From NCBI GenBank assembly GCA_963775425.1, contig CAVZJB010000016.1, positions 352,001 to 416,000 of the forward strand: DNA of 64,000 nucleotides, written 5' to 3'. Under the pieces are notes generated by a model. The model was not told the origin of the DNA. It saw nothing but the letters and a program-made list of their open reading frames with translations, and ran no database searches. This DNA comes from an uncultured delta proteobacterium. Its GTDB lineage: Bacteria > Myxococcota > UBA727 > VGSZ01. Made by a program: the position numbers and the translations under genes. Positions 18,684-28,573 of the stretch are shown here, one piece after another (the stretch's first letter is position 1; every line of letters begins with the position of its first letter).

Positions 18684-20501
18684 TTACTTGTAGAAGGCCT
18701 GGCGCTCCTCGATGAACTGCCGCACGCCGTCGACCACGCCGTTGGCGATGCTGTCCTGGTACGCCGTGGTCGTGAGGCGCTTCTCCTCCGCGCGGTTCGA
18801 CACGAAGGAGGTCTCGACGAGGATGGACGGCATCCGGCTGCCCATCAGCACGTAGAACAGCGCGTGCTTGAGCCCGAGGTCGGGCACGTCGCTCCAACGC
18901 TTGTGGAGCTTCTTCATCACGCTCTTTTGCACCGCGTGGCCGAGGCGCACGCTGTCGTCGACGTTGGACTTCATCGCCAGGTCGGCGAGGATGTACTCGA
19001 GGTCGCTGATGGACCCCTCGCCCATCTCGGCGTTTTCTCGCGCGGCCAGCTTCATGGCGTACTTGTCGTGGGTGATGTTGAGCGTGTAGGTCTCCACGCC
19101 GCGCACGCGCCGGAGCGGGCTGGCGTTGCAGTGGATGGAGATGAAGAGGTCGGCGGCGGCGGAGTTGGCCGTGTTGGTGCGGTCCTGCAACGCCAGCGTG
19201 CGGTCGTCGTCGCGCGTCATCACCACCTCGAGGTCCGGCATCTCCGCGAGCAATTTGTCGCGTACGCGCTTGGAGATCTGCAGCGTGATGTCCTTCTCCT
19301 TCACGCCGTCGGGGCCGATGGCGCCGGTGTCGTTGCCGCCGTGGCCGGGGTCGATCACCACGCGGTGCACGGCGAGGCCCATCTGCTGCGAGATGGAGAC
19401 GCCGCCCGGGGTGCCGTTTTCGAACTTCTTCTTCACCGCCGCCGGATCGGGCGTGGGCGCCGTCGCGGCCGGGGGCGCCACCTTCGCCGGCGCGCCCGCG
19501 GCGGCCACGACGGCGGGCGGCGCGGGCGGCTGCAACGGCTCCGTGAACGTCAGCTCGAACGTGGGCTTCTGCTGGATGTGCAAGGACGGCTCGGCGTCGC
19601 CCTCGAGCTCGATGACGATGCGCACCACCTCGGTGTCGTACTGGCCGGCGCGCACGCGCGCGACCACGCCGTCGTGCACGTCGATGGGCTGAATGTTGCG
19701 CTGCCCGAGCTTGGCGGGCGCGAGGTCGTAGAAGATGCGGTGCGGTCCGCCGTCGGCCTTCGGGACGTCGCCGCGGGTCATGCCCACCGCGCCGGAGACG
19801 CGCACGGTGACCACCGACTGCGTCGCCGTCTTTCGGTGCTTGATCACCATCACCTTGCGCGACGGCGTCCCCGGCGGGGGCGCCTCGGGGAGGACCTCGA
19901 CGGGCGTGAGCACCGCCGGCGCAGAAGCGCCCGTCGCCGCCGGAGCGTCCTTCTCGGCCGTGCGCGCGGGCGGCTCCTCCTTGGGCAGCGCCGCGAGCGC
20001 GTGCTCGGCCTCGTGCCGCATGTCGGCGGCCGAGCCCATGGCGACGATGCGCTCGAGCATCTTGCGCGCCCGCGCGTGGTCCTCGGTCAGCCGCGCGCCC
20101 GCGAGGAGGGCGTCGTCGGCGAGGTTGGAGTCGGGGAAGCGGTCGGCGCAGGACTCGAACGCGTCGACCGCGGCGAGCTTGTCGGCGTCGACGCGGGAGA
20201 CGCTGTACAGCTCCTCGACGAGCTGCGCGGCCACGAACGCGGCGTCGTCGGCCTTGCTGCCCTCCTTGTACGTGTTGGCGACGGCCTGGAGGCGGACGAT
20301 GAGCTTTTCGTAGTTGTGGCGGAACTGCTTCTTGGCGGGGTCGCGCCGCAGCGCCTCCACGTCCTTCTTGAGCTCGCCGAACGCGGCGATGGAAGGGTCG
20401 GCGTCGGCGTGCAGGGGCGCGGCGGCGGACAGGGTGAGCGCGACGACGAGGCCGATGCGCGTGGAGGCGGAGGCGAAGGCGGGCAACGGGAGTGGCTTCA
20501 C
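18684..20501 (-). CDS. N-acetylmuramoyl-L-alanine amidase (TPR-like + AMIN + Amidase_3), AmiC-like
   Basis: Motifs VVIDPGHGGND.GA, EKDITL, LFISIHCNA, PSILVETSF. GTG 20501 overlaps the upstream stop codon (GTGA). Confidence 0.88.
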   Translation of the reverse strand: MKPLPLPAFASASTRIGLVVALTLSAAAPLHADADPSIAAFGELKKDVEALRRDPAKKQFRHNYEKLIVRLQAVANTYKEGSKADDAAFVAAQLVEELYSVSRVDADKLAAVDAFESCADRFPDSNLADDALLAGARLTEDHARARKMLERIVAMGSAADMRHEAEHALAALPKEEPPARTAEKDAPAATGASAPAVLTPVEVLPEAPPPGTPSRKVMVIKHRKTATQSVVTVRVSGAVGMTRGDVPKADGGPHRIFYDLAPAKLGQRNIQPIDVHDGVVARVRAGQYDTEVVRIVIELEGDAEPSLHIQQKPTFELTFTEPLQPPAPPAVVAAAGAPAKVAPPAATAPTPDPAAVKKKFENGTPGGVSISQQMGLAVHRVVIDPGHGGNDTGAIGPDGVKEKDITLQISKRVRDKLLAEMPDLEVVMTRDDDRTLALQDRTNTANSAAADLFISIHCNASPLRRVRGVETYTLNITHDKYAMKLAARENAEMGEGSISDLEYILADLAMKSNVDDSVRLGHAVQKSVMKKLHKRWSDVPDLGLKHALFYVLMGSRMPSILVETSFVSNRAEEKRLTTTAYQDSIANGVVDGVRQFIEERQAFYK

Positions 20502-21634
20502 AGCGTGGGCTCCGAGCCGGCAGGGGCCCTGCGGCGGGCCTCCTCCCGGACGATCAGGGCGACGACGGCGCCGACGGGGAGGGCGAACAAAGCGCCGACC
20601 AGGCCCGCGGCGGCGCCGCCGAGGACGACGGCGAGGATGGCGGCGAAGGGGGACAGGCCGGCCTTCTCGCCGACGATGCGCGGCGTGAGGATGTAGGCCT
20701 CGAGGGACTGGACGACGGCCATGGTGATGACGGCGCCGACGATGGGCCACAGGGACGCGCTGCCGAGCTCCACGATGGAAAACGCCACCGCGAGGATGAC
20801 CGAGACGAAGCCCGACGCGAAGGGGATGAAGTAGGCGGCGCCGGCGATGACGCCGATGGCGAGCGCCAGCGGCACCCCCGAGATGGTGAGGCCGACGACG
20901 TACAGGACGGCGTCGATGGCGGCGACGACGAGCTGCCCGCGGACGAGCTTGGACAGCGTGACCTCGATGAGCGGCACGTAGTAACCGAGCACCGGCCGCG
21001 TGCGCTTGGGTACGAGGTTCTTCACCACCACCTGGATGCGCGGCAGCTCCGTGAGCGCGAAGTAACCGAGCACGGGCACGAGCACCGCCTCGGTCAACAC
21101 CGCGGCGGCGCTGGCGGCGCCGCGGAGGACGCCGGCGGTGGTGGAGCCGACGCCGCCCCTGAGCTGGCCGAGGAGCTCGCGGCTGGCCTCGCTGGACAGG
21201 TCGCTCAAGCGGGTGGGCAGCGCGACGCCGAGGTGACGGTGCGCCCACGCCGCCGCCCGCTGCAGCGCCTCCGGGAGCTGCTCGAACAGCGACGACAGGT
21301 CGCTCACGAGCGCGGGCACCACCATGGACAGGAGCGCCGCCACGAACAGCACCGCGCCGACGACGAACGCCGCGGCGCCGAGGCCGCGGGGCCAGCGGTG
21401 CGCCTCGAGCCAGGCGACGACGGGCGCGCCCACGAACGTGACGACGCCCACGAGGAGCAGCGGCACGACCACGTCGCGCACGAGCCAGAAGCCGTACGCG
21501 CCGGCGGCGAGCGCCAGGGCGACGAAGAGCATGTGGAGGTCGATGGCCACCACGCGCAGCGCAGGGATCGAGGGGGCCGGCATGTGCGGCAGGAGGAGGG
21601 TCGCGGGCTTGCCGAGCTGCTTGCGTCTGACCAC
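20498..21634 (-). CDS. AI-2E family transporter
   Basis: Many TM helices; RGQLVVA, FIPFASG, QSLEAYILTPRIVG...GLSP, GLVGALFALP. Confidence 0.88.
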   Translation of the reverse strand: MVRRKQLGKPATLLLPHMPAPSIPALRVVAIDLHMLFVALALAAGAYGFWLVRDVVVPLLLVGVVTFVGAPVVAWLEAHRWPRGLGAAAFVVGAVLFVAALLSMVVPALVSDLSSLFEQLPEALQRAAAWAHRHLGVALPTRLSDLSSEASRELLGQLRGGVGSTTAGVLRGAASAAAVLTEAVLVPVLGYFALTELPRIQVVVKNLVPKRTRPVLGYYVPLIEVTLSKLVRGQLVVAAIDAVLYVVGLTISGVPLALAIGVIAGAAYFIPFASGFVSVILAVAFSIVELGSASLWPIVGAVITMAVVQSLEAYILTPRIVGEKAGLSPFAAILAVVLGGAAAGLVGALFALPVGAVVALIVREEARRRAPAGSEPTL

Positions 21635-21717
21635 GCGGTCCCCATCTGGCGCCGCCGGGCGCCTCTTGTCTCCTTAGGTCACCGGGCGGCCCCGCGCAAA
21701 AAACCGGCCGCCAGAAA

Positions 21718-21748
21718 CGAAAACGGCGCGGGGGTGACCCGCGCCGCT
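21718..21748 (-). terminator. Intrinsic terminator after the FecR-domain gene
   Basis: Minus-strand hairpin CGGCGCGGG-tcacc-CCCGCGCCG followed by TTTTCGTTT. Confidence 0.6.
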
Positions 21749-21774
21749 TGCGACCTGTGGGACGGGCACCGACC

Positions 21775-22545
21775 TCAGTCGGACTTCTCCGTGCTCTTGC
21801 CGGCGTCGCGCTCGGTGTTCCAGCGCACCCACTCCGGCTCGTCCTTCTTGTCGTCGTCCATGCTGAAGGCGCGCGGGTCGGCGTCGTGGATGGTCTGGCC
21901 CTTGGGGATCCGGACCTCCATCATCTTGCCGAGCAGCTTCTCGAAGGTCTGGACGTCCACCTCGTGGAACGGCGGGGCGATGGCCTTGCGGTCCGAGCGA
22001 ATGGGCGAGCCGTTGTCATCGGGCTTGCCCTGCTCCGCCAGGAGCGGCGCGGCGACGGCGACGGCGCCGTTGTAGACCTTCACCACGGTGGCCTCGTCGC
22101 GGTCGACGTTGACGCGGAAGACGGTGCCGCGCACGCCTGCGACGGCGTTGGCCGTCTTCACCTGGAACTTGCTGTCGTCACCGACGAGCTTGGCCACCTT
22201 GGCCCAGGCCTCTCCGGCCACCAGCGTGGCCTCGACCTTGACCTCCTTGGACTTGCCGTTGAACGCAGCGCCCTCGACCTTGAGCTGCGACTTGGGCCCC
22301 ACCCGCACGACGCTGCCGTCGGCGAAGGTGAGCTCCGCGCGCGAGCTGTCGCCCGTCTTGATCAGGGAGCCGGCGTCGACGTGACGACCGCGGCGCACGG
22401 GCTTCCACGTGTTGCCGTCCGCCGAGCTCGTGACCTCGCCCTTGACGAACGTGGCCTTGGGACCCTTGGTCGCGCCTGCGTCCGCGGGCGCCGCCACCAT
22501 GACGAACGCGCCCGCGAGCAACGTGATGAGGAGTGAGTTCCGCAT
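21775..22545 (-). CDS. Secreted FecR-domain protein
   Basis: Signal peptide; IKTGDSSRAELTFADGSVVRVGPKS...FQVKTANAVAGVRGTVFRV. Confidence 0.8.
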   Translation of the reverse strand: MRNSLLITLLAGAFVMVAAPADAGATKGPKATFVKGEVTSSADGNTWKPVRRGRHVDAGSLIKTGDSSRAELTFADGSVVRVGPKSQLKVEGAAFNGKSKEVKVEATLVAGEAWAKVAKLVGDDSKFQVKTANAVAGVRGTVFRVNVDRDEATVVKVYNGAVAVAAPLLAEQGKPDDNGSPIRSDRKAIAPPFHEVDVQTFEKLLGKMMEVRIPKGQTIHDADPRAFSMDDDKKDEPEWVRWNTERDAGKSTEKSD

Positions 22546-22550
22546 TTCGT

Positions 22551-23708
22551 TCACCCGTTCAGCTTGAGGACGACCTTGCCGCGCGTCACCTCGAGGACCT
22601 CGATGGTGTAGCGGCCGGCCTTCTTGCCTTCGATGGCGGTGGCGAGGGCCTCGGCGCCGCCGTCGACGTCGATATCGAAGGTGGCCTGGCCACCCTTGAC
22701 GTCGCGCTGCTCGACCTTGGCCTGCGAGAGCGCCTTCTTCACCATCTGCTTGAACGAGCGGGCCGCGCCCCAGCTCGGCACGTTCTTCACGATGACCTGC
22801 ACCCGGCCGGCGTTGACGAGGTCGGAGGTCCAGCGGGCGGCCACCTTCTTCATCAGCTCGTCCATCACCGACTCGACGATCTGCTGGTTCTTGTTGCCCG
22901 AGCGCTCGACGGCCTTGAGCGCGTTCTCCGGCGAGATGCCGAGGATGTTGGCGCTCTTGAACGCCACCGCCTCGATCTCGTTGTTGGACGTGTTGATGAG
23001 CTTCACGTTGGCGCTGACGGCGTAGGAGTTCATCTTGGTGCCCTCGAAGATGCTGTTGGGCTTGTCGCTCTTGATGACCTTGCCGCTGCCGAGCACGACG
23101 TATTGGGCGTTGGAGTTCTTGACGATCTTCTCGATGTCGCCCTGGGTGAGGTCGCCGTTGGCGCTCACCTCGGTGACCTTGATGCCCGACTCGACGAGGG
23201 TGAAGCAGTCGTCCTTGAAGGCCGACGCGAACATCGCCTCGATCATGCCGCGCTCGGTGCTCCACTTGGACTCGTCACCGATCTTCTCGACGAACACCAG
23301 CGACACCTTGGGGTCGTGGTTCGCTTTGATGACCGTGCAGATGGAGCTGGAGATGGCCTCCCGGGAGACCTTGGCCGTCAGCTTGATCTTCTTGGTGCTC
23401 TTGGTGGGGCCGTCCGTCATCGGGCCCCACTGCTCGTCGACGAGCACGCCCTTGGCGGACGTGGCGATCTCGTCGGCGACGAGCTGGAAGTTGCGGACGA
23501 TGGTGTTGGACTCCACGAGGGTGCCCGCGCCCTGCTCCACGGCCTTGCGGCGCGCGTCCCGTTTGACGTTCTTCTCCGTCTGCTGCTCGTCGCCGGGCAC
23601 CACGGCCGCCTCGCCCTCGACGGTGACGGTCTTGATGTCCTGCGCGTACGCCGCGACGGGCGCGAGGAGCGCGCCGACGACGAGCCAGCTTGCGGTATTG
23701 AGTTTCAT
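22551..23708 (-). CDS. Secreted protein with FlgT N-terminal-like domain
   Basis: Signal peptide; VTVEGEAAV...DARRKAVEQGAGTLVESNTIV. Confidence 0.65.
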   Translation of the reverse strand: MKLNTASWLVVGALLAPVAAYAQDIKTVTVEGEAAVVPGDEQQTEKNVKRDARRKAVEQGAGTLVESNTIVRNFQLVADEIATSAKGVLVDEQWGPMTDGPTKSTKKIKLTAKVSREAISSSICTVIKANHDPKVSLVFVEKIGDESKWSTERGMIEAMFASAFKDDCFTLVESGIKVTEVSANGDLTQGDIEKIVKNSNAQYVVLGSGKVIKSDKPNSIFEGTKMNSYAVSANVKLINTSNNEIEAVAFKSANILGISPENALKAVERSGNKNQQIVESVMDELMKKVAARWTSDLVNAGRVQVIVKNVPSWGAARSFKQMVKKALSQAKVEQRDVKGGQATFDIDVDGGAEALATAIEGKKAGRYTIEVLEVTRGKVVLKLNG

Positions 23709-23720
23709 CGGTGTGTGCTC

Positions 23721-24539
23721 CTAGTCGACGAGGATGACGACCTTGCCGTCCGCCAGGAACGACAGGTTCGAATTGGGGTCGCGCAGCTTGTCGGCGTCGC
23801 CGTTGGAGATGACGACGTCGGTCTTGGACTTGGCCGCGAGGTGCAGGGCCTTCACCACCAGCGGCTTGTCACCGGTGCGGTCCTTGGCCTGGGCGTCCTG
23901 CTTGGCGTAGCCGACGATGCCGCCTTGCTTGAGGCCGCTCTCCGAGACGACCTCGGTGCCGTAGACCTCCTTGCCGCTCTCGTCGACGATGCGCGGGGCC
24001 ATGGAGGGCGTGAGGCCCAGGCCGCGGGCGTTGACGATCAGCCCCGTGAAGGAGGCCGCGCCGCTCTCGCTCAGCTTGCGCGCCTTCTTGGGCCGCTCGA
24101 CCAGCGCGTTGGTGAGGTTCTCGTCGATGGGCATCTCGACGACGACGTCGACGGAGCCGTCCGAGTAGTACTTGGTGTGCACCACCTTGAAGCCCTGCGC
24201 CATGCCGCTGATGCGCGACTTCACCTCGCCGTTGGTCATGAGGTCGTTGGCGGAGCGCTTACCCGACACCTGGATGCCCTGGATGGTCTCGATGATGTTC
24301 CGGAGCGCGTCGAGCTTGGCCGCTCGCTCCGCCATCAACCGGGCCTGGGCCACGGAGGCGTCCTTCAGGTTGGCCGCGCCCGAGCCGGTGGCGGTGACGA
24401 CCTTCTTGGACCAGTTGATCTCCCCGTGTCCCACTTTTTGGACGACGGAGTCGTCGGCGGCGGCGGCGGGATCCTTGTCACCCGCGTAGGCCGCGCCCGC
24501 GAGCACCATGGCCGCGATGATCATCGTTCGCTTGAGCAT
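23721..24539 (-). CDS. LPP20-family (FlgP-like) secreted protein
   Basis: Motif INWSK.VVTATG.G...ARLMAERAAKLDALRNIIE. ATG 24539 follows an SD-like AGGAGAGG. Confidence 0.65.
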   Translation of the reverse strand: MLKRTMIIAAMVLAGAAYAGDKDPAAAADDSVVQKVGHGEINWSKKVVTATGSGAANLKDASVAQARLMAERAAKLDALRNIIETIQGIQVSGKRSANDLMTNGEVKSRISGMAQGFKVVHTKYYSDGSVDVVVEMPIDENLTNALVERPKKARKLSESGAASFTGLIVNARGLGLTPSMAPRIVDESGKEVYGTEVVSESGLKQGGIVGYAKQDAQAKDRTGDKPLVVKALHLAAKSKTDVVISNGDADKLRDPNSNLSFLADGKVVILVD

Positions 24540-24670
24540 CACCCTCTCCTTCACTCTCGAGACCCAGCTTGGGACGCACACTGACAACAGTTTCTTGCTC
24601 CAGGCCAGTGCGTCGTCTCACGCGTACATGTCGGTTGGACCCAACGAAACATCATGAGACGGGGCGCAAT

Positions 24671-26206
24671 CTACTCCCATTCAATCGTAGAGGGTGGCTT
24701 GGACGAGATGTCGTAGACCACCCTGTTTACTCCCCTGACTTCATTGATGATTCTGTTCGAGATCTGGCTCAGGATCGCGTGCGGCAGATCCGCCCAGTCC
24801 GCGGTCATGCCGTCCGTGGACTTCACGCAGCGGACGCACACCGTCTCGTCATAGGTGCGCGCGTCACCCATCACGCCCACGCTCTTGACCGGCAGGAGCA
24901 CCGCGAACCACTGCCACAGCCCGAGCGCCTCGCCGTCGATCTCCTCGCGCACCACGGCGTCGGCCCGGCGCAGCAGGTCGCAGCGGGCGCGGGTGACCTC
25001 GCCGAGGATGCGGATGGCGAGCCCCGGACCGGGGAACGGCTGGCGGCGCACGACGGCGTCGGGCAGCCCGAGCTCCCGGCCCAGCGCCCGCACCTCGTCC
25101 TTGAACAGCTCGCGCAGCGGCTCGAGCAGCTTGAGCGACATGCGCTCGGGGAGGCCGCCGACGTTGTGGTGGCTCTTGATGACCGCGCTCGGTCCGCCGT
25201 GGAAGGAGACGCTCTCGATGACGTCCGGGTACAGGGTGCCCTGCCCGAGCCAGTCCACGCGCCCCACCTCGTGGGCGACCTCGTCGAAGACGTCGATGAA
25301 GACGTGACCGATGCGCTTGCGCTTCTGCTCCGGGTCGATGACGCCCTCGAGCGCCGCCATGAAGCGCTCCGAGGCGTCGACGACGCGGACGTCCATCTTG
25401 AGCTCTTCCGCGAAGAGCTTGCGCACGTCGTCGACCTCGCCCTGGCGGTGCAGACCGTGGTCGACGTACACGCAGGTGAGGTGCGGCCCGACGGCCTTGT
25501 GGATGAGGGCCGCGGCGACGCTCGAGTCCACGCCGCCGGAGAGCGCCATCACGACGCGCCGATCCCCCACGCGCTCTTTGATCTCCGCGACCTTGTCGAC
25601 GAGGAACGTGCTCATGCGCCAGCCGCGCTGGAGGCCGGCGACGTCGAAGAGGAAGTGCGCGAGGACCTGCTTGCCCTGCGGCGTGTGGACCACCTCGGGG
25701 TGGAACTGCACGCCCGCCCAGCGCCGCGCCGGCCAGAACACGGCGGCGTTTGGGCACGTGGAGGAGCGGGCGAGCACCTCGAAGCCGGCGGGGAGCTTGT
25801 CGACCTGGTCGCCGTGGCTCATCCACACGTCGAGCTCGCGGCCGAGCCCGGAGAACAGCGGCTGCTCCTTGTCGACGCTGATGCGCGCGCGACCGAACTC
25901 GCGGTGCGTCCCCGGCGCGACGTGGCCGCCGTTTTCCTCGGCCATCACCTGCATGCCGTAGCAGATGCCGAGGACGGGGACGCCGAGCGACCAGATGCCC
26001 TTGTCGGGGCGCGGGGAGCCGTCGGCGTGGACGCTGGCGGGGCCGCCGGAGAGGATGAGGGCGCCCGCGTCCTTCAGGTCGTCCGCGGGCGTCGTGCACG
26101 GCACGATCTCGCAATACACCTCGAGCTCGCGCACCCGCCGCGCGATGAGCTGCGTGGTCTGCGAGCCGAAGTCGAGGATGACGACGCTGCGCCCGTGGGA
26201 AGACAT
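24671..26206 (-). CDS. guaA: GMP synthase (glutamine-hydrolysing)
   Basis: Motifs ILDFGSQ, LGICYGMQ, GVQFHPEV, SGGVDSSV, QGTLYPDVIES, KSHHNVGGLP, KPPSTIEWE. Confidence 0.97.
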   Translation of the reverse strand: MSSHGRSVVILDFGSQTTQLIARRVRELEVYCEIVPCTTPADDLKDAGALILSGGPASVHADGSPRPDKGIWSLGVPVLGICYGMQVMAEENGGHVAPGTHREFGRARISVDKEQPLFSGLGRELDVWMSHGDQVDKLPAGFEVLARSSTCPNAAVFWPARRWAGVQFHPEVVHTPQGKQVLAHFLFDVAGLQRGWRMSTFLVDKVAEIKERVGDRRVVMALSGGVDSSVAAALIHKAVGPHLTCVYVDHGLHRQGEVDDVRKLFAEELKMDVRVVDASERFMAALEGVIDPEQKRKRIGHVFIDVFDEVAHEVGRVDWLGQGTLYPDVIESVSFHGGPSAVIKSHHNVGGLPERMSLKLLEPLRELFKDEVRALGRELGLPDAVVRRQPFPGPGLAIRILGEVTRARCDLLRRADAVVREEIDGEALGLWQWFAVLLPVKSVGVMGDARTYDETVCVRCVKSTDGMTADWADLPHAILSQISNRIINEVRGVNRVVYDISSKPPSTIEWE

Positions 26207-26287
26207 GCGGCGCGCGTAGCCCCTTGTCACCGAGAGCGCCAGAGCCGTCGCCGCGGGCGGCTTGCTGCCGGCGACGTCGGCCGGCGC

Positions 26288-26321
26288 GATCAAGCGCGGC
26301 CGCTCCCTGCGGTCGCTGATC
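26288..26321 (-). repeat. Dispersed 30-bp hairpin element (single copy) flanked by TGATC direct repeats
   Basis: TGATC-AGCGACCGCAGGGAGCGGCCGCGCT-TGATC, starting at the stop codon of the upstream gene; near-identical to the units at 43752-43841. Confidence 0.85.
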
Positions 26322-27561
26322 ACCCGGAGAAGTCGAAGACCTGCACTTCGTTGTGGGGCGTGAGGATGAAGGGGAACTTCATGCGCGTGGGCGCGTCGAC
26401 GAGGCCGCCGCCGAGGAACCACTCGCCGGCGCGCTCGCGCACGCAGTCTCCGACGGCGGCGAGCTCGGGGCTCGAGACCTCGACGGTGGGGCGCTCGACG
26501 TGCCCGTCTGGCAGCAGCGTGAGCTCGAGGGTGAGGCGGCCCGCGCGGCTCTTGTCCATGCGCAACCCCCGGTCCTCGTAGCAAGCGCGCACGGCGTTGT
26601 CGCGGCGCTTGACGGCGTCGAACAGCGTGTCCTTGACGACGGGATCGAAGCCCTCGTCGGGCGCGAGCTTGATGTCGGTGGCCGGCACCTCCATCAGCTT
26701 GACCGGGATGGCCGGGCGCGGCGCCTGCACGGGCATGGCGTTCGCTTGCTTGAGGTTGTCCTGGATGCGGCGCTTGAGCGCCTGCATCACGTGGGACTCG
26801 CCGGCGCCGACGAGGCCGTTGCCGGGGCCGGCGGTGGCGGGGTCCTTTGGGGCGAGGCCGCCGAAGTCGGCGCCGGAGACGGGGGCGCGCGCCACCGCCT
26901 GGGCCCAGTCGCCGATGGCCTCCTTGAGCTCGGTGCCGTCGTCGCCGAGGTGGAGCGCGCGGTTCATCTCGTCGAGGGCCTGCTCGAGGGTCATGCCCTG
27001 GCCGGTGCGGGAGTCCGGACGCCGGCCGCGGCGCCGCTCAGGCGCCGGCCGCTCGACCTCGTCGGGCGGCCGTCCCACCATGCTGAGCGACGCCGGGCCC
27101 GTGTGCGGGGCCGTGCCGCCGGGGGAGACCAGGTAGCGCCGCCACGGGCCCGGGACCCCCGCGCCCGCCTCGCTGTCGAAGGCCGGGGCCGGGGCGAGCA
27201 CGAGCGCGGAGACCACGCACGCCTGCACGGCGACGCCGATCATGGTCGCGTGAAAGAGCGTGGAGTCGACGGCGGACAGGCCGCCCACCCGAGCCTCGGG
27301 GATCTCGCGGCTGGCGACCAGGGCGTGGCCCGCAGGGAGGTCGGCGTGGGCGCCCTCCCCGATCTGAGCGGCGTCCACCACGAACGGCGGCTCTCCGGGG
27401 ACGGTGACCTCCAGGCCCGCGCCGAGCGCGCGCACCCGGAGCACCTCGCCGGTGCGCAGCCGCAGGCTGCCGCGCGCGCGCTCGAGGGTCACGACGTCGA
27501 GGACGGTCCCCTTCCACAGGAGCGCGATGCGCCAGACCGGCCGGGGCGTGGACCGTGCCAT
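26320..27561 (-). CDS. AgmX/PglI C-terminal (TonB-C-like) domain membrane protein, GltG/GltJ-like
   Basis: One TM helix, Pro/Gly linker, C-terminal AVRACYE..LR...RAGRLTLELTL.PDGHV...VGDCV...FPFIL. Confidence 0.7.
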   Translation of the reverse strand: MARSTPRPVWRIALLWKGTVLDVVTLERARGSLRLRTGEVLRVRALGAGLEVTVPGEPPFVVDAAQIGEGAHADLPAGHALVASREIPEARVGGLSAVDSTLFHATMIGVAVQACVVSALVLAPAPAFDSEAGAGVPGPWRRYLVSPGGTAPHTGPASLSMVGRPPDEVERPAPERRRGRRPDSRTGQGMTLEQALDEMNRALHLGDDGTELKEAIGDWAQAVARAPVSGADFGGLAPKDPATAGPGNGLVGAGESHVMQALKRRIQDNLKQANAMPVQAPRPAIPVKLMEVPATDIKLAPDEGFDPVVKDTLFDAVKRRDNAVRACYEDRGLRMDKSRAGRLTLELTLLPDGHVERPTVEVSSPELAAVGDCVRERAGEWFLGGGLVDAPTRMKFPFILTPHNEVQVFDFSG

Positions 27562-27772
27562 AAGGTGGGAGTCTGACACGTTGGCCTGCATGCAGGTTCC
27601 CAACGAGCCGCAGATCCCGTGGATCTCCGTCACCCAAAGACGCGCGTCACGGCCGCGCGCCGCGCGGCGCGGCGTGCCGGATGGCTCACGTGGACCGACG
27701 TGTCGGACCCGTTACGTCTCTGAGGAGCGCCGCCACGCGGGCGTCTTCCCGCCGGCCGCGCCGGAGGATTCC

Positions 27773-28552
27773 ATGATTCGATTCGCACTCGCCGGCTTCG
27801 CTCTCGCTTGCGCCGTCCCCGCGCTCGCCCAGGACACGATGCCGGAAAACCAGCAGCCCGGGCCCGCCACGGGCATGGAGCCGCAACAGCATGCGCAGCC
27901 GGGCATGCCCGGCCAGATGCAGGAGCAGGTGCCCGAAGAGGCAGCCGTCATCCCCGACGACCAGATGGTGGACATCCTCCACCACGTGAACCAACAGGAG
28001 ATTCAGCTCGGCAAGGCGGCGCAGGACCGCGGTGCGCTCGACAGCGTCAAGAGCTTCGGCAAGACCCTCGTGAAGGACCACGACAAGGCCGACAAGGACC
28101 TGATGTCGTTCGCCAAGAAGCAAGACCTCAAGGTGGAGGCGCCGACGCCGGGCAACAGCGAGGTCAAGCAGATGCTCGATGCGCAAAAGACCAGCGCGGA
28201 CCACCTGATGAGCCTGCGCGGGCCGGACTTCGATCGCGAGTTCGCGAGCACCATGCTGCAGGACCACAGCGACGTGATCGCGCTCCTCGACAGCGCCAAG
28301 GCGGCGACGAAGTCGGATGCGTTCAAGAGCTACTACACGAAGGTCCAGGACGGCCTGATGAAGCACCGCGACATCGCGGCGAGCATCGTCGGCGAGATCA
28401 AGGCCGCGGAGACCGGCGCCGCGGGCTCCGCGGGCAACAAGCCCGAGGAGCAACAGGCGCAGCCCGAGGAGGAGCAGCAGATGCCGCAGCAGCAGATGCC
28501 CGAGCAGCAGATGCCCGAGCACGCGCCGAGCCCCCAGCCGATCCCCGAGTGA
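27773..28552 (+). CDS. Secreted DUF4142-family protein
   Basis: SD GGAGG, signal peptide, EIQLGKAAQ...VKSFGKTLVKDH, LRGPDFDREF...DH; Gln/Pro-rich ends. Confidence 0.75.
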   Translation: MIRFALAGFALACAVPALAQDTMPENQQPGPATGMEPQQHAQPGMPGQMQEQVPEEAAVIPDDQMVDILHHVNQQEIQLGKAAQDRGALDSVKSFGKTLVKDHDKADKDLMSFAKKQDLKVEAPTPGNSEVKQMLDAQKTSADHLMSLRGPDFDREFASTMLQDHSDVIALLDSAKAATKSDAFKSYYTKVQDGLMKHRDIAASIVGEIKAAETGAAGSAGNKPEEQQAQPEEEQQMPQQQMPEQQMPEHAPSPQPIPE

Positions 28553-28573
28553 CCGGCGCGCACCGGGGAGCGC

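Noticed and set aside
3019-20696. Very long antisense or alternate-frame ORFs (e.g. 3019..6648, 12304..17136, 16116..20696)
   Set aside because: They are shadow ORFs of real genes caused by high GC3 and stop-codon scarcity, with Arg/Ala/Gly-rich translations and no family motifs.
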